From positions 71,604,080 through 71,668,079 of the forward strand of contig NC_057711.1 of the NCBI RefSeq assembly GCF_004010195.1: a DNA stretch of 64,000 nt, in the 5' to 3' direction. A model generated the notes under the pieces. The model ran no database searches and was not told the DNA's origin. It saw only the letters and a program-made list of their open reading frames with translations. Origin of the DNA: Chiloscyllium plagiosum. Lineage: Eukaryota. Positions within the stretch are counted from its first letter, which is position 1. Each line of letters opens with the position of its first letter. This document shows, in pieces, positions 12,455 to 24,275 of this stretch. A program made the position numbers and the translations under genes.

Positions 12455-13229
12455 AGTTGTGATGTTGAAAGCGTGTACTGTAACTTTAAAAGAGAGTGAA
12501 TGTTGTTCTGAACTGACAGCTTACAAGCACCTGTGTATTTGACTAGATGGCAATCCCAAAGTGTACTGGAAAATTGAAAATATGTAACATTTGGCTGTGA
12601 AGTGGATACCTGAGTTTTGGTTGCTGTTTTGACAACAATTTGAATTTAACCAATCAATTTAAATTATGCCCCAGGACATGAAAACCCAATCAGGTTTAAT
12701 TTATTGTTTTGCCAACATATATCCAATGAGGCGATCTGATGTTGGGGATATAAAAATGCAGGCATTTTGAAAATTGGACAGAGAACAACTGCCATTGAAA
12801 GAGTGACCCAAGAAATTAGGAACACCCTCCACCAAAGGTACCTTTTCATATGAAACATATTCTCAGTAAAAAGAAAAAACTTGACCCAGGGAGATCTTCA
12901 GCCAGAAGAAGAAAGACACTGAAGACAACAGCGGCTACGTGGTTTTGAAATTAAGTTGATGTAATTTAATAAGTGTTTTATTGGAACAAAATATTATTAT
13001 AGAGTTGGAGGCAGGTATTAAGAAGTTAAGAGAAAGGGGGGCTTAGAGTTGTAAATAGCTGTTGTTTAAACTTCACTTTGAAAGTTAAAAAATAAATTGA
13101 TATTATTTTCTTTAAAAAGTGGAATTTGGGAGTTCTCTGTCACTTACATTTTAACAGTTCATGAGGCAAAATGAGCTTTTCTGGGTGTTTGGTTTAATTA
13201 ACAGAAGAGTTCACCTCAGTGTCGTAACA
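12455..13229 (+). mobile_element. Solo LTR (775 bp) with 4-bp TSD CTTG
   Basis: CTTG at 12451-54 and 13230-33. Ends TCGTAACA and begins AGTTGTGA (presumed mutated TG). CCAAT at 12650, 12686 and 12723, TATAAAAA at 12749, AATAAA at 13091. Confidence 0.8.
12645..12756 (+). promoter_or_regulatory. LTR U3 promoter: three CCAAT boxes plus a TATA box
   Basis: The CCAAT boxes are spaced 36 and 37 bp apart; the last lies 26 bp upstream of TATAAAAA. Confidence 0.6.
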
Positions 13230-14249
13230 CTTGGCAAATTGCTATTAATCTGTCAGCCAAAAACCCAGAGTTTGGGCAAAACATCTCAACATTACAGTGC
13301 TGATGTTTGTCCTTCATTACGGTTTTGATTTAAGAGTATCACAACATTTCCCTTGTCAACGTCATTTTCCTCTTCATTCAGCATTGCTTGGTGAGATTGA
13401 TGTGCATCTGTCCTGGAGCAGAGCTGCAATATTGAAGTGAAAGCAATTCCTGGGCCCTCCTATCATCTCACATTCCCCTCATCTTCTTTTCCTCTTACTG
13501 TTGCTCCCTTTCCAACAAGTTGTTGAAGATTGCTGCCTTGGGCGATCCTCCTGTCTGCACTGAAACACCCAAGGGCTTTGGTTCAATATTTCTATCTCAG
13601 CTCTGTACTGAACCTATGCCAGTTTCTTCGACTGATAAAATTGCTGTTTTTATTTGGCCATCATTGATGTGATGTGTAATTGAAGTCTAGCCTGAGTAAA
13701 TTCACTTATTTGCTGCTCAACAAGCAAAAAGAAATTCAATGCAGCATCAATACATTAACGTGCCTCATGCCAATTTACTTCCAGAAGTGACTTTTGGAAT
13801 GTGGAAAAGCATTAGGTAAGACACAATGAGGGTGAAATTTGTTTTGGGTGATAAAATAAAACAGACAATGGTGCATTGGTTGCTGATTTTACACTCTAAG
13901 AGATAATTGGATGGAGTCTAATTTGGGATGCAGATGTGTTTTCACCCAGTTGGCACTATGCCCTAAGATGAATTATACCTGAATAATACTGCACATTAAA
14001 GCACAATACAGATGCACCAGCGTTAATGTCCAGACCAAATGTTAATTCTAAATTCTCTGTTAATTAATCTACCAAGAATACTAGGGAAGGATTCATGGCC
14101 CCTCCTTTTAGTCAACAAGAACAATCCTGATTGTGGAAACAAGACTATAAGGTGTCTCTGCTTACATATACATCATGGACTAGTTTCTGAAGGAGAGCAT
14201 ACTCAGTAAATGTAATGCTTTCGATCTACAAGCAAAATTAAGAAACATA

Positions 14250-14780
14250 AACAGCACATGAATTGGATAATGAAGAAGGCATATGGGACACTTGCTCTTA
14301 TCAGTCGTGGCAGAGATATAAAAGCAAGAAGGTAATGTTGGAGTTGCCCACAGCGTTGGTTCGGCCACAGCTCAAGTACTGTGGGCAGATCTGGTCACCT
14401 CACGACAGGAAGGATGTGATATCATTAGAGGCGGTACAGAGCAGGTTCACCAGAATGAGAGATCATCTTGGTTGAGGGGTCAATCATGAGAGGGCATAGT
14501 TTTAGGGTAAGGGGCAGGAAACTCAGACAGGATTTGAGAAAAAGATGTTTTCACTGAGCTGATGGTGGGAATTTGGAATGCACTGCCTGAGATGGTAGTG
14601 GAGGCCAGAAACATTACAAACTTTAAAATATTTGGATGAACACTTGAAGTATCATAACATTCAAGAATGTGGGACAAGTCCAGGAAACTGAAGTAGTGCG
14701 CTTTTAGTTGTAGCTATTGTCGATGCTGACTCGATGGGCCATAGGGCGTTGTATGTCTCTTTGACTCTATCACTATGACT
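14250..14780 (+). mobile_element. CR1 LINE 3' fragment
   Basis: Peptide ALVRPQLKYCGQIWSPHDRKDVISLEAVQSRFTRM, followed by 3' UTR and tail. Confidence 0.85.
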
Positions 14781-15399
14781 CATGCACATTGGCATAATGA
14801 TTGTCTGACCAGCAAAAAGTCAGGGCCACTATTTCTCTCTGTCAGATTATAGTGTTAATCAGATTGGGATAAGTTAGCAATTATTGTCTTTTACATCTGT
14901 GGTTAATTTAAAAACTGTATCAATATTTTTGATACATGTCTAACATGACATTTGGACTGTTCCTGTTTGCCATCAGATCTTCTGTCTTTCATATGGTTTT
15001 TGTTCATTCAGCTCATTCTGTCCACATTGTCACTACTTTTCCTCAGCTCCTTCTTTACATCTTTATATAACATGCTTTGCAATCTTTTCCCTCTACCAAG
15101 GACATATTCATTTTGTTATGCCTAAGTATTTACCCTGGTTCTACAAAAGAACATTTCCAAGATTTCATGACAGATTTTATGTCTCCTATAATAAAATAAT
15201 GACAGGAATCACAGGTGACCTAGAACTCTTCAATGTCTATTTAAAGAGGGTTAAGAAAGGAATGTAATGGATTGATTTGTGATACTTTGCATTCCGCTTG
15301 AGAAGAGGGAATTCAAGTTTCATCCTGCTCTAAAGATCTGAGAAATTCAATCAATGTATAGAAACCAAGACTGTTAAATGGTGCACTGCTTTTGGTGTC

Positions 15400-15700
15400 A
15401 GGACTGAACAAACTGAAAAATTTGAAATTGACATAGCAGTGAGTTATAGAGCAACATGTCCACTCTCTTGACTGATGATGGCTGACCAGTATGACAAGCT
15501 GCCTCACTTTGCATCTGTACGAAATTGCAACCAATACAGCAAATCCATGAGCCTTTAAGCACTGACTGAAGGGCAGAGTACATAAAGGTAAGGTAGACAT
15601 GCTCTGAGTATTCAGGTAGGTGAATAAGTGTGAAGAGGGCAAATAAACTGCTCAGAGATATGGCCTAGTACAGTCCACGAGCTGAATGCTTCCGCCGGTG
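15400..15700 (-). pseudogene. Possible Harbinger transposase N-terminal remnant
   Basis: Minus strand reads RPYL*AVY..SHLFTYLN and AHGFAVL, weakly similar to the N-terminus of HARBI1-like transposases (compare 45270-45680). Confidence 0.35.
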
Positions 15701-16129
15701 CACAAAGTGTCCTTGCAGCAGTATAGCAATGAGGCCTACAATGTTTCAAGAATCTATCATAAGAAAAACAAGTGTGATTTTTTTTGGACTTTTAAGACCT
15801 AACTGTATGCTAATGGTGTGTGTGTGTGTGTGTTCGAGTGAGTGCAATTGTGAATATGTTTTGTGTTGAGGAATAAGCATTCATCCTTTTTTTCTAAAAC
15901 TTATGGGAAAACCTGAATTTATCCATTTTTCACATTTATGACATTTGAGGATAAAATACTTGCAGATGATGGAGCAGTCAACTGTCTCAAATGCCAAAGA
16001 AACATAGAGAAAATAAGGAGGAATAGCATAAGGTCAGATACACTATTTGCTAAAACTGTCTCCAATAAAGTATCATTTTTTTGTGTCAAACATGTTGCCC
16101 TCAACAACTCCTAAATCTTCACATTAAGG

Positions 16130-18720
16130 ATCCCTTCCACGATGCTGTCTGGCACAACCACTGGACTAAAATGAATAGATTTCAAACTGATATAGCAATT
16201 CAGCAATTGGCATTTTTGGTCTACTGCAGACCATCAGTCACAGAATTGTGTTCAAGCATAATTTGTAATGGCCTGATATATCATCCACTCCACCATTGCC
16301 ATGAAGTGAGGGGATCAACTCTGGTTCAATGAAGAGTGCAGGAGGGCAGGCCTGGATCAGCCACAGGGATACCGAAAAATGAGCTGTCAGCCTACTGAGG
16401 CTACATTAGACATCTTGTGTGCCAAACAGCACAAGCAGTATGTGATAGACAGAAATGAGATTATGTAACCAATGGTTCAGACCAAGGTTCTATAGAGCTG
16501 CCACATTCAGTCATGTATGGTGGGGGACAATTAAATAACTCACTGGAAAAGAGGTTTCACAAATATCCCATTCTCAATCTTGTGGCATCCAACATATCAG
16601 TGCAAGAGATCCAACCAAAGCATTTGTAACAGTTTTCAGCCAAAACTATTGTGGATAATCCCTGTCAGCTTCTTTCAGCATCCCCTGCATCAAAGATGAC
16701 ATTTTTTATTCATTTCACATAATTTCAAGAAATGGCTGCAGGCATTAGATATTGCAAAGGTTTTGGGCCCTGATGTAGTTCTGATAACAGTACTGAAACA
16801 GTGTATTCCAGAACCTGCACATTCTTGCCTGTGCAGTTCCAGTACAGCTACAATACTGGCGTCTATCCAGTGATGTAGAAAATTGGCCAGACATGTCCTG
16901 TACGCAACGCAGAACAAATCAAACCCAGCCAATTACCACCCCATTATTCTATTCTCAAACAGCAGTAAAGTGATTGACAGGGTCATCAACAGTGTTATTA
17001 CAAAGCACTTGCTTAGTAATAACCTGTTCAGAGACGCCCAGTTTGGGTTCCACCAGGGCCACTCAATTCTTGACTTCATTACATCCTTGATTCAAATATG
17101 GACAAAACTGCTGAATTCCAGAGGAGAGATAAGAATATCAGACCTTGACATCAAGGCTACATTTTACCAACAGTGGCATTGAGGAGCTCTAGGAAAACTG
17201 GAGTTAATGGGAATCAAGAGGTAACTCTGCTGCTTGGATTCACATCTAGCACAAAGAAGGCTGCTTTTATTTGAATTGACTTGATTTGATTTGGTTTATA
17301 CTTGTCACATGTACCTAGGTACAATGAAAAGTTTTGTTTTGCGTGCAGTACAGGCAGATCATACCATACAGATATCAGACTGATAGAACAGAGCGAGGAA
17401 TACAAAGTTACAGCTGCAAAGAAGGTGCATAAAAAATAAGAATAACATTAGATTTGAAATTTGGGAGATCCATTCAGAAGTCTGATAACAACCAGAAACA
17501 AGCTGCTCTTGAACCTGCTGGTAGATGTGTTTAAACTTTTGAATCTTCTGCCTGATGGAAGAGGTTGGAAGAGATTATAACCGGGGTGAGATGGGTTATT
17601 TTACGATGTTGGCTGCATTTGTGAAGCAGCAAGAAGTGTAGATGGAGTCGATGGACAGAAGGTTGTCTTGCTTGATGGACTCTCTGAAGTTTCTTAGGGT
17701 CCTGGGCAGAGCAGTTGCCATACCAAGCTGTGATACATCCAAATAGAATGCTTTCTATGGTGCATCTATAAAGTTAGTGAGGGTCCTTATGGACATGCCA
17801 AATTTCCTTAGCCTCCTGAGGAGGTAGAAGCGTTGTTGTACCTCCTTGACCATCGTATCAATGTGAGTGGTCCAGAACAGATGGTTGGTGATCATCACTC
17901 CAGCACATGATGCTCTCAACCACCTTCACCTCAGTCCATTGATGTAGGTAAGACCGTGTCTTTCTCCATGCTTCCTGAAGTCATGATCAGCTCTTTAGTT
18001 TTGCTCAGGGAGAGATTGTTGCTGTAATTAGTTATCAGAGGTTAGATATCTCAGCTCCTGTGGAATCTCCAAAGGAGTTCCACAGGGTCGCATCCTAGGC
18101 CCAACTATTTTGAGGTTCTTCATCAATGACCTTCTCTCCATTGCAAGATCAGAAGTGGGGACATTTGCTAATGATTTTGAAATTCACAGGATGATTTGCT
18201 CAGATACTGAAGCAGTCACTATCCAAATGCAACAAGACTTGGACAATATTCAGGCTTACGCTGACAAATGGCAGGTAACAATCATGCCAGACAGGTGCCA
18301 GGCCATGTCAATCTTCAAAAATGCAAAAGTTAAACAACACCCCTGGTGTTACCATCACTGAATCCCATAGTATTAATATCCTGAGGGTCCCCATTGACCA
18401 GAAACTGAACAGGACTAGCCTTGTAAATGCAATGGCTAAAAAAGCAAGTCAGAGGCTGAGAATGCTGCAGTAAGAAATCCACCTCCTGACTCCCCAAAGC
18501 CTGCCCACCTTTATAAGGTACAAGTCAGCAATGTAATGTAATACTTCCCAGTTGCTTGGATGAGTGCAGTTTGAACAACACTCAAAAAAGCTTGTCACTA
18601 TCCAGAATAAATCAGCAAACTTGATTAGCATCACAACCCATTCATTCTCACTACTACAGATGCACAGCAGCATCTACAAGATGCACTGCAGCAATTCACT
18701 AAAGCTTCTCTCACGCCAAC
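16130..18720 (+). mobile_element. CR1-group family B LINE (ORF2 pseudogene), interrupted by a Rex/Babar element
   Basis: Peptides KSNPANYHPI...NNLFRDAQFGFHQGHS...DLDIKATF and FFINDLLSIARSEVGTFAND...QQDLDNIQAYADKWQV. Confidence 0.88.
17265..18022 (-). mobile_element. Rex1/Babar-like LINE 3' end
   Basis: (GATTT)n tail with CTTGTCACATGTACC, and AAGCTGCTCTTGAACCTGCTGGT...CTTCTGCCTGATGG, as typical of Rex-Babar 3' regions. It interrupts the family B RT. Confidence 0.6.
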
Positions 18721-18932
18721 TAAACTGAGATAAATTTGAATATACTCCCAAGTTTCCTGAGACAGCCAGATGTCCTTGGGCAAGAGTGCCCTCTAGGCAC
18801 AGGCAAAATGGAGCTTCTTACCATGAGAGGTCATTGCTGCTGGGGAATCTCCTCCAGAATGATAACCAAGGAGTTGTGCTTGCAGTTTTTTAAATTAAAT
18901 GTTGAAATGTTCTCTTCAAGCAACTTCAAGTG

Positions 18933-19262
18933 TTATAGAGTCATAGAGTCATAGAGATGTACAGCACAAAAACAGACCCTTCGGTCCAACTCGTCCATGT
19001 CGACCAAATATCCCAACCCGACCTTGTCCCACCTGCCAGCACCTGGCCCATATCCATCCAAACCCTTCCTATTCATATACCCATCCAGGTGCCTTTTAAA
19101 CATTGCAATTGTGTTAGCCCCCCCTACTTCCTCTGGCAGCTCATTCCATACACGTACCACCCTCTGCATGAAAAAGTTGCCCCTTATGTCTCTTTTATAT
19201 ATTTCCCCTCACATCTTAAATCTATACCATCTAGTTGTGGACTCCCCCATCCCAGGGAAAAG
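18933..19262 (-). mobile_element. HER1-type CR1 3' end
   Basis: Peptide QRVVRVWNELPEEV...FKRHLDGYMNRKG and a (CTCTATGA)n tail. Confidence 0.9.
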
Positions 19263-20339
19263 ACTAAGTGTTCTTAAAGTTTGCCACTTACTCCAGCAGC
19301 ACCCAGCTTTAACAGCCTGGTCTTGGGCCCTCCAGATTTGGATCACACGTGCTGTCCTTAATTGCTCCTTTTACCCTAGAGTACTGCAATACTTTATTTT
19401 TCAATTATATATCCATTCCCCTTTGTAAATTTGTATTCAAAATAAAGTATGTCCTTTTGCTTTTGCATTCCAGCTCTCTTGATAAGAAAAAAAGTGCTTT
19501 TCAATTCAATATCTTAAATCTATTTTCTATATCACAGCCACACTAGATATGTCCACAAAGCAGTCTGTGAACTGCAAGTTGCCCAGTTCTTTTAGCCTTC
19601 TTTTAGATTTTTCATGTTTTCCGATTTAAAAAAAGACAGGAGCAATGCTTTTGTCCTAAGCAAAAAATTGATTAGTTTATTATGTAACTATTGCTAATAG
19701 TTACTAAATAAAAAAGTAATACATGTATTATCTAAAATATAGAAAGGAAGATTAAAACTTGGTATAGATGCTAAGTACTCATAAAACTGAAAGTAAGATC
19801 AGGTTATTACCTGTCATTTGCTGAAGATTCGCTTTCTGAAATGAAGAATTGAAAAATATAAAGTCAGAATTCACCAGCAGTCACGATGACATTTGCTGCT
19901 GAATAGTTGGAGGCTTTTCCCAAAGAGTGATTGGACAGAACAGGTTATTGGGAGGAATGAAGGCTCATTAGTTTTGCTTTTACAGCACTGCAAGTGGTAG
20001 CCTTGTTCTGTACAGCAGTCCTTCAAATGGGTCACCTTTCTTTATCTCCTTTTGTCTAAGAACTCTCGTCTCTCTGATATCATTTCACAGAATTCTTTTT
20101 GAAGTTCTGTTATAGTGTTATCTCATTGCCATTGTATTAGCCAGGTGCAAATAGAATTCTAAATAGTGCCTTTTGTGGTTGATGCTGAGTAAGATAACAC
20201 ATCAATCTGTTTGCCTTTTTAGTTATAGTGAATCAGCAAGACTGTCATATTGCTTCTATTTGCAGGGTTCTGTGTCCATTTTTACAGACAGATAAGCGTT
20301 CTTTACAAAGCGTATAACATTGTAAATACACATCATGAT

Positions 20340-21390
20340 ATCTATTTAATGATGCTCCTCATAGCAGAAACAATTTCTACATGTCTACTCTGTCAAAGAC
20401 CTCATGAATTTCAACACCTCAATTAAATCTACCTTGAATCTTTTCTGTTCTCAGGGAATGATTCCACCTTATCTAATCTTTTCATATATCCAAAAGATCC
20501 AAATGCTTGTTACCATTTTGTTAAGTTTCTCCTGGACCTGACATCCTTCCTGAAGCACAGTGCTTAAAATTAGAATCGAGAGTTTGGTGCTGGAAAAGCA
20601 CAGCAAGTCAGGCAGCATCCTAGGAGCAGAAGAATTCATGTTTTGGGCATAAGCCTTTTATCAGGAAGAGCTTACATTCTCTGTGCTTTTCCAATACTAC
20701 ACTTTCGACTCTGATCTCCAGCATCGACAGTCCTCACTTTCTTCTGCTTAGAATTAGACCCAATACTCCATACCAATAATTTTAAAGTCATGGATCCAAT
20801 GTAATTTATTTAACTACCATACCAATTTGTCCAAGTACCTTCAAAGTTTTGTATATGTGAACTGCCAGATTTCCCTGTTGCTCCACCAACTTTAATTTTG
20901 TACTATTTAATTGCTTTTCATCATTGGTCATTCCAAAATGCATTACTTCACATTTCTTGACATAAACTTCATTTCCAATCTGTCTGCCCATTTCAGCAGT
21001 CAGTTCATGTCATCCAAATGATAGAATATAGAACAGTATAGCACAGTACAGGCCCATTGGCCCTTGATGTTGTGCTGCCCTTTTATCCTACTCTAACATC
21101 AAAATAACTTACATACCCTTCATTTTACTACCATCCACTTGCCTATTCAAGAGTTGCTTAATGTATCTAATGTATCTGGCTCTCCTACCACCGCTGGCAG
21201 TGCATTCCACCCACCCACCACTCTCTGTGTAAAGAAGTTAGTTCATTTCTGGTAATTCCCAAGCTTTTTGTCATTTGTAAACATTTTTATTTGTCTCCTA
21301 CAACCAAATCCCAGTAATTAATGTATATCAGCACTATCACTCCAACACTGAACTCTGGGGACACCACTGTATACTTCCCACTAGTTCATC
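20340..21390 (-). mobile_element. Decayed CR1 fragment(s), containing a PLE fold-back insert and a second CR1 tail (about 21020-21237)
   Basis: Peptide KKCEVMHFG...EQQGNLAVHIYKTLKV and CR1 3' UTR motifs. Confidence 0.65.
20575..20744. mobile_element. Penelope-derived fold-back short element
   Basis: Inverted PLE tails. TSD TGCTTAAAATTAGA (20561-74) / TGCTTAGAATTAGA (20745-58). Confidence 0.8.
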
Positions 21391-22244
21391 ATTCCAGTGT
21401 GAGGGACTGAAAAAAACATAATTTTTTTCTATCTTTCTGTGAACAAAATTCAAAACAGAATCAAAATCCTTATTAACATTCTAATGACATTAGGCTATTG
21501 AACTCTTCATGAATATATGTATCAGCTGTCAAATTCTGAGACCACAAGGTAAAATGTCACAAAAATTCTATGATTTGAATACTTAATCATTCTACAAGAA
21601 GGATATTAGCCTTCAAACATAATTCTTTGAATATGATGCATTGTAAGACATTCTAAGAATACAGTATTCTTCTATGTAAGTAAATGCTCTTTGTTATCTG
21701 TAATACTAAACACAGTTAAATAATGGGGGTTGCGTGTGTTAAAACCTGTTAAAATTATTTTTTGAAAGGAAACAGATCTGAAACCATCAACAACATAAAT
21801 AATTGAAGGGAAAAATATTATAAAAGGGAAAAGGCAGGGAAGTGTGACTAATAGGACAGCTCTTTCATAGCACTGGCAATAGGCAAACATGAAATTATGG
21901 ATTGAAAGCGTCTTTAGCTTCACAGGGACTTCACAGGGGCTTGAGGAAAGTTAATGGAGAACTTAACACAATATTTCTGGAAGGTTGCTCAATGCTTCAT
22001 CAAAGAATTGGAATTTTACCTCAGTCCAACTGACGAACACAGAGGTGGAGATTTGAAAACATTTTGGGAGAAAATTCCAAAGAGTAGGACCTGTGTCCCT
22101 GGAGAAAAGATGTCCAATGGTGGGACAAAAGGAAATATCATGTACAAGAAGCTCAAATCTGAGAAAGGGGAATTCAGGTGCACTGGACGGCAGTGTTAGG
22201 TGAAATAATAGGCTTAAAGACAAGAAAAAGAATTAACATTTTAT

Positions 22245-22990
22245 ATATGGTAAAGTCCTGGGGAGGGTTGCTGAACAAAGAGACCTTAAAGTGCAGGCTC
22301 ATAGTTCCTTGAAAGTGGAGTCTCAGGTAGATAGGATAGCGAAGAAGGTGTTTGGTATGCTTTCCTTTATTTGTCAGAGCATTGAGTATAAGAGTTGGGA
22401 GGTCATGGTGCAGCTGTACAAAACATTGGTTAGGCCATTTTTGAACTATTATTGTGTGCGATTCTGGTCTCCCTCCTATAAGAAGGATGTTGTGAACGTT
22501 GAAAGGGTTCAGAAAAGATTTACAAGGATGTTGCCAGGGCTGGAGGGTTTGAACTATAGTGGGAGGTTGGGGCTGTTTTCTCTGGAGCGTCAGAGGCTGA
22601 GGGTGACCTTATTGAGGTTTATAAAATCATGAGGGGCGTTGATAGGGTAAATAAACAAGGTCTTCTCCCTGGGGTGGGGGAGTCCAGAACTAGAGGCCAT
22701 AGGTTTGAGGTGAGAGGGGAAAGATTTAAAAGGGACCTAAGGGGCAACTTTATCACACAGAGGGTGGTGCATGCATGGAATTAGCTGCCTGAGGAAGTGG
22801 TGGATGCTGGTACAATTGCAACGTTTAAAATGCATCTGGATGGGTATATGAATAGGAAGGGTTGAGAGGGATATGGGCCAAGTGCTTGCAAATGGTACTA
22901 GATTAATTTAGGATATCTAGTCGGCATATACAAGTTGTACTGAAGGTTCTGTTTCCATGCTGTACATCTCTATAACTTTATAACTCTATG
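22245..22990 (+). mobile_element. HER1-type CR1 3' fragment
   Basis: ORF 22291-22632 carries CR1 RT C-terminal motifs, followed by 3' UTR and tail. Confidence 0.92.
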
Positions 22991-23814
22991 AAGTTTAATA
23001 CACAGGAAAGCTGGGAGATGAAGGATGATAGGTGATAGGAACATTGATGTAGAATTGGAAACAATCTAGAGTAATAAGGCAATAAAACAAGTTTATGAAA
23101 GAGCATATACTCTTTGTCTCAATATATTACACATATTATTAGATTATACCACAGTGAGGTTGTCTATCTAATATTTGGTTATTTTCAGTGACAATTGATG
23201 GAAATCCAATTTTCTACTTCACATAAGAACAGGATACAGCTGAGTTACACAATCATTTTCCACTCATATTCCCTTCCAACACATAGTTATGGATTTTAAC
23301 TACCCATGTTCACCACCAGGAGGAAAGACACAGGTGATGGATAAAAATCCTGAAATTTGATCTTCCCACCTCCAAACTGCCATACTTGTAACTGCCAGAA
23401 TATTAACATAGGTGAAGCAGACTCTGAACACTGTTCCTGTTAAATGGAGTCAGGAAGCAGTTTAAAATGCAGAACTCATGACCAAATGATGCAATTCAAG
23501 GCAGAGGGAGTTCAGCACTGTCTGTTGTTTGACAGAAGTAACATGGATGGAGAAGCCAAGTGACCAAAAGAAGGGAAGTTAACTATTTAAAAGTTCCTTT
23601 GCTTTGAGCTCACTGTGAACAAGGAGGTGCAGGAATACGCAAACTTCAGAAAATCACAGACCTGGGATCCACCACAAATGCAAAAGGCCACTCACATGCG
23701 TAGTCCCAGCCCTCCTGGTCATGCAAATGGAAATCCTTAACAAGATTTTTGCACTATTATTTGTGGGTATCACTGACTTGACCAACATTTAGCACGCTTG
23801 CCTCCATTGTGCAG

Positions 23815-24275
23815 ACGACTGAATGCAGGAGTTGAGATGTCACATTGAGGTTATATAGGATGATGGTGAGGCCATCTTTGGAGGATTGCATACATTTCTG
23901 GTCGCCCTGCTTTAGGAAGGATATTATTAAATTGGAGAGGGTTCAGAAAAGATTTACTGGGATGTTGCCAGGTGTGGAGGGTTTGGCTAGGTTGGGACTA
24001 TTTTCACTGGAGCTTAGAATGTTGAAGGGTGACTTTATAGAGGTTTGTAAAATCATGAGAAGCATAGATAAGGTGAGTAGTAAAGGTCTTTTCCCTAGGG
24101 TGGCGGAGTTCAAAATTAAGGGGCATATATTTTATGGTGAGAGGGGAAAGATTTAAAAGGGACCTGATGGGCAACTTTTTCACACAGAGGGTGGTTCAGT
24201 CTTTGCATCTCCAAATACGTGTAAATCTTATCTCTTTGAATCCCCTCCAACAACTTTCCCACTCCTGACATTAGC
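23815..24275 (+). mobile_element. CR1 fragment (+ strand, to about 24195) fused to an inverted upstream CR1 piece (- strand, about 24196-24275)
   Basis: The + strand gives LYRMMVRPSLEDCIHFWSP; the - strand gives LMSGVGKLLEGIQRDKIYTYLEMQRL. Confidence 0.8.
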
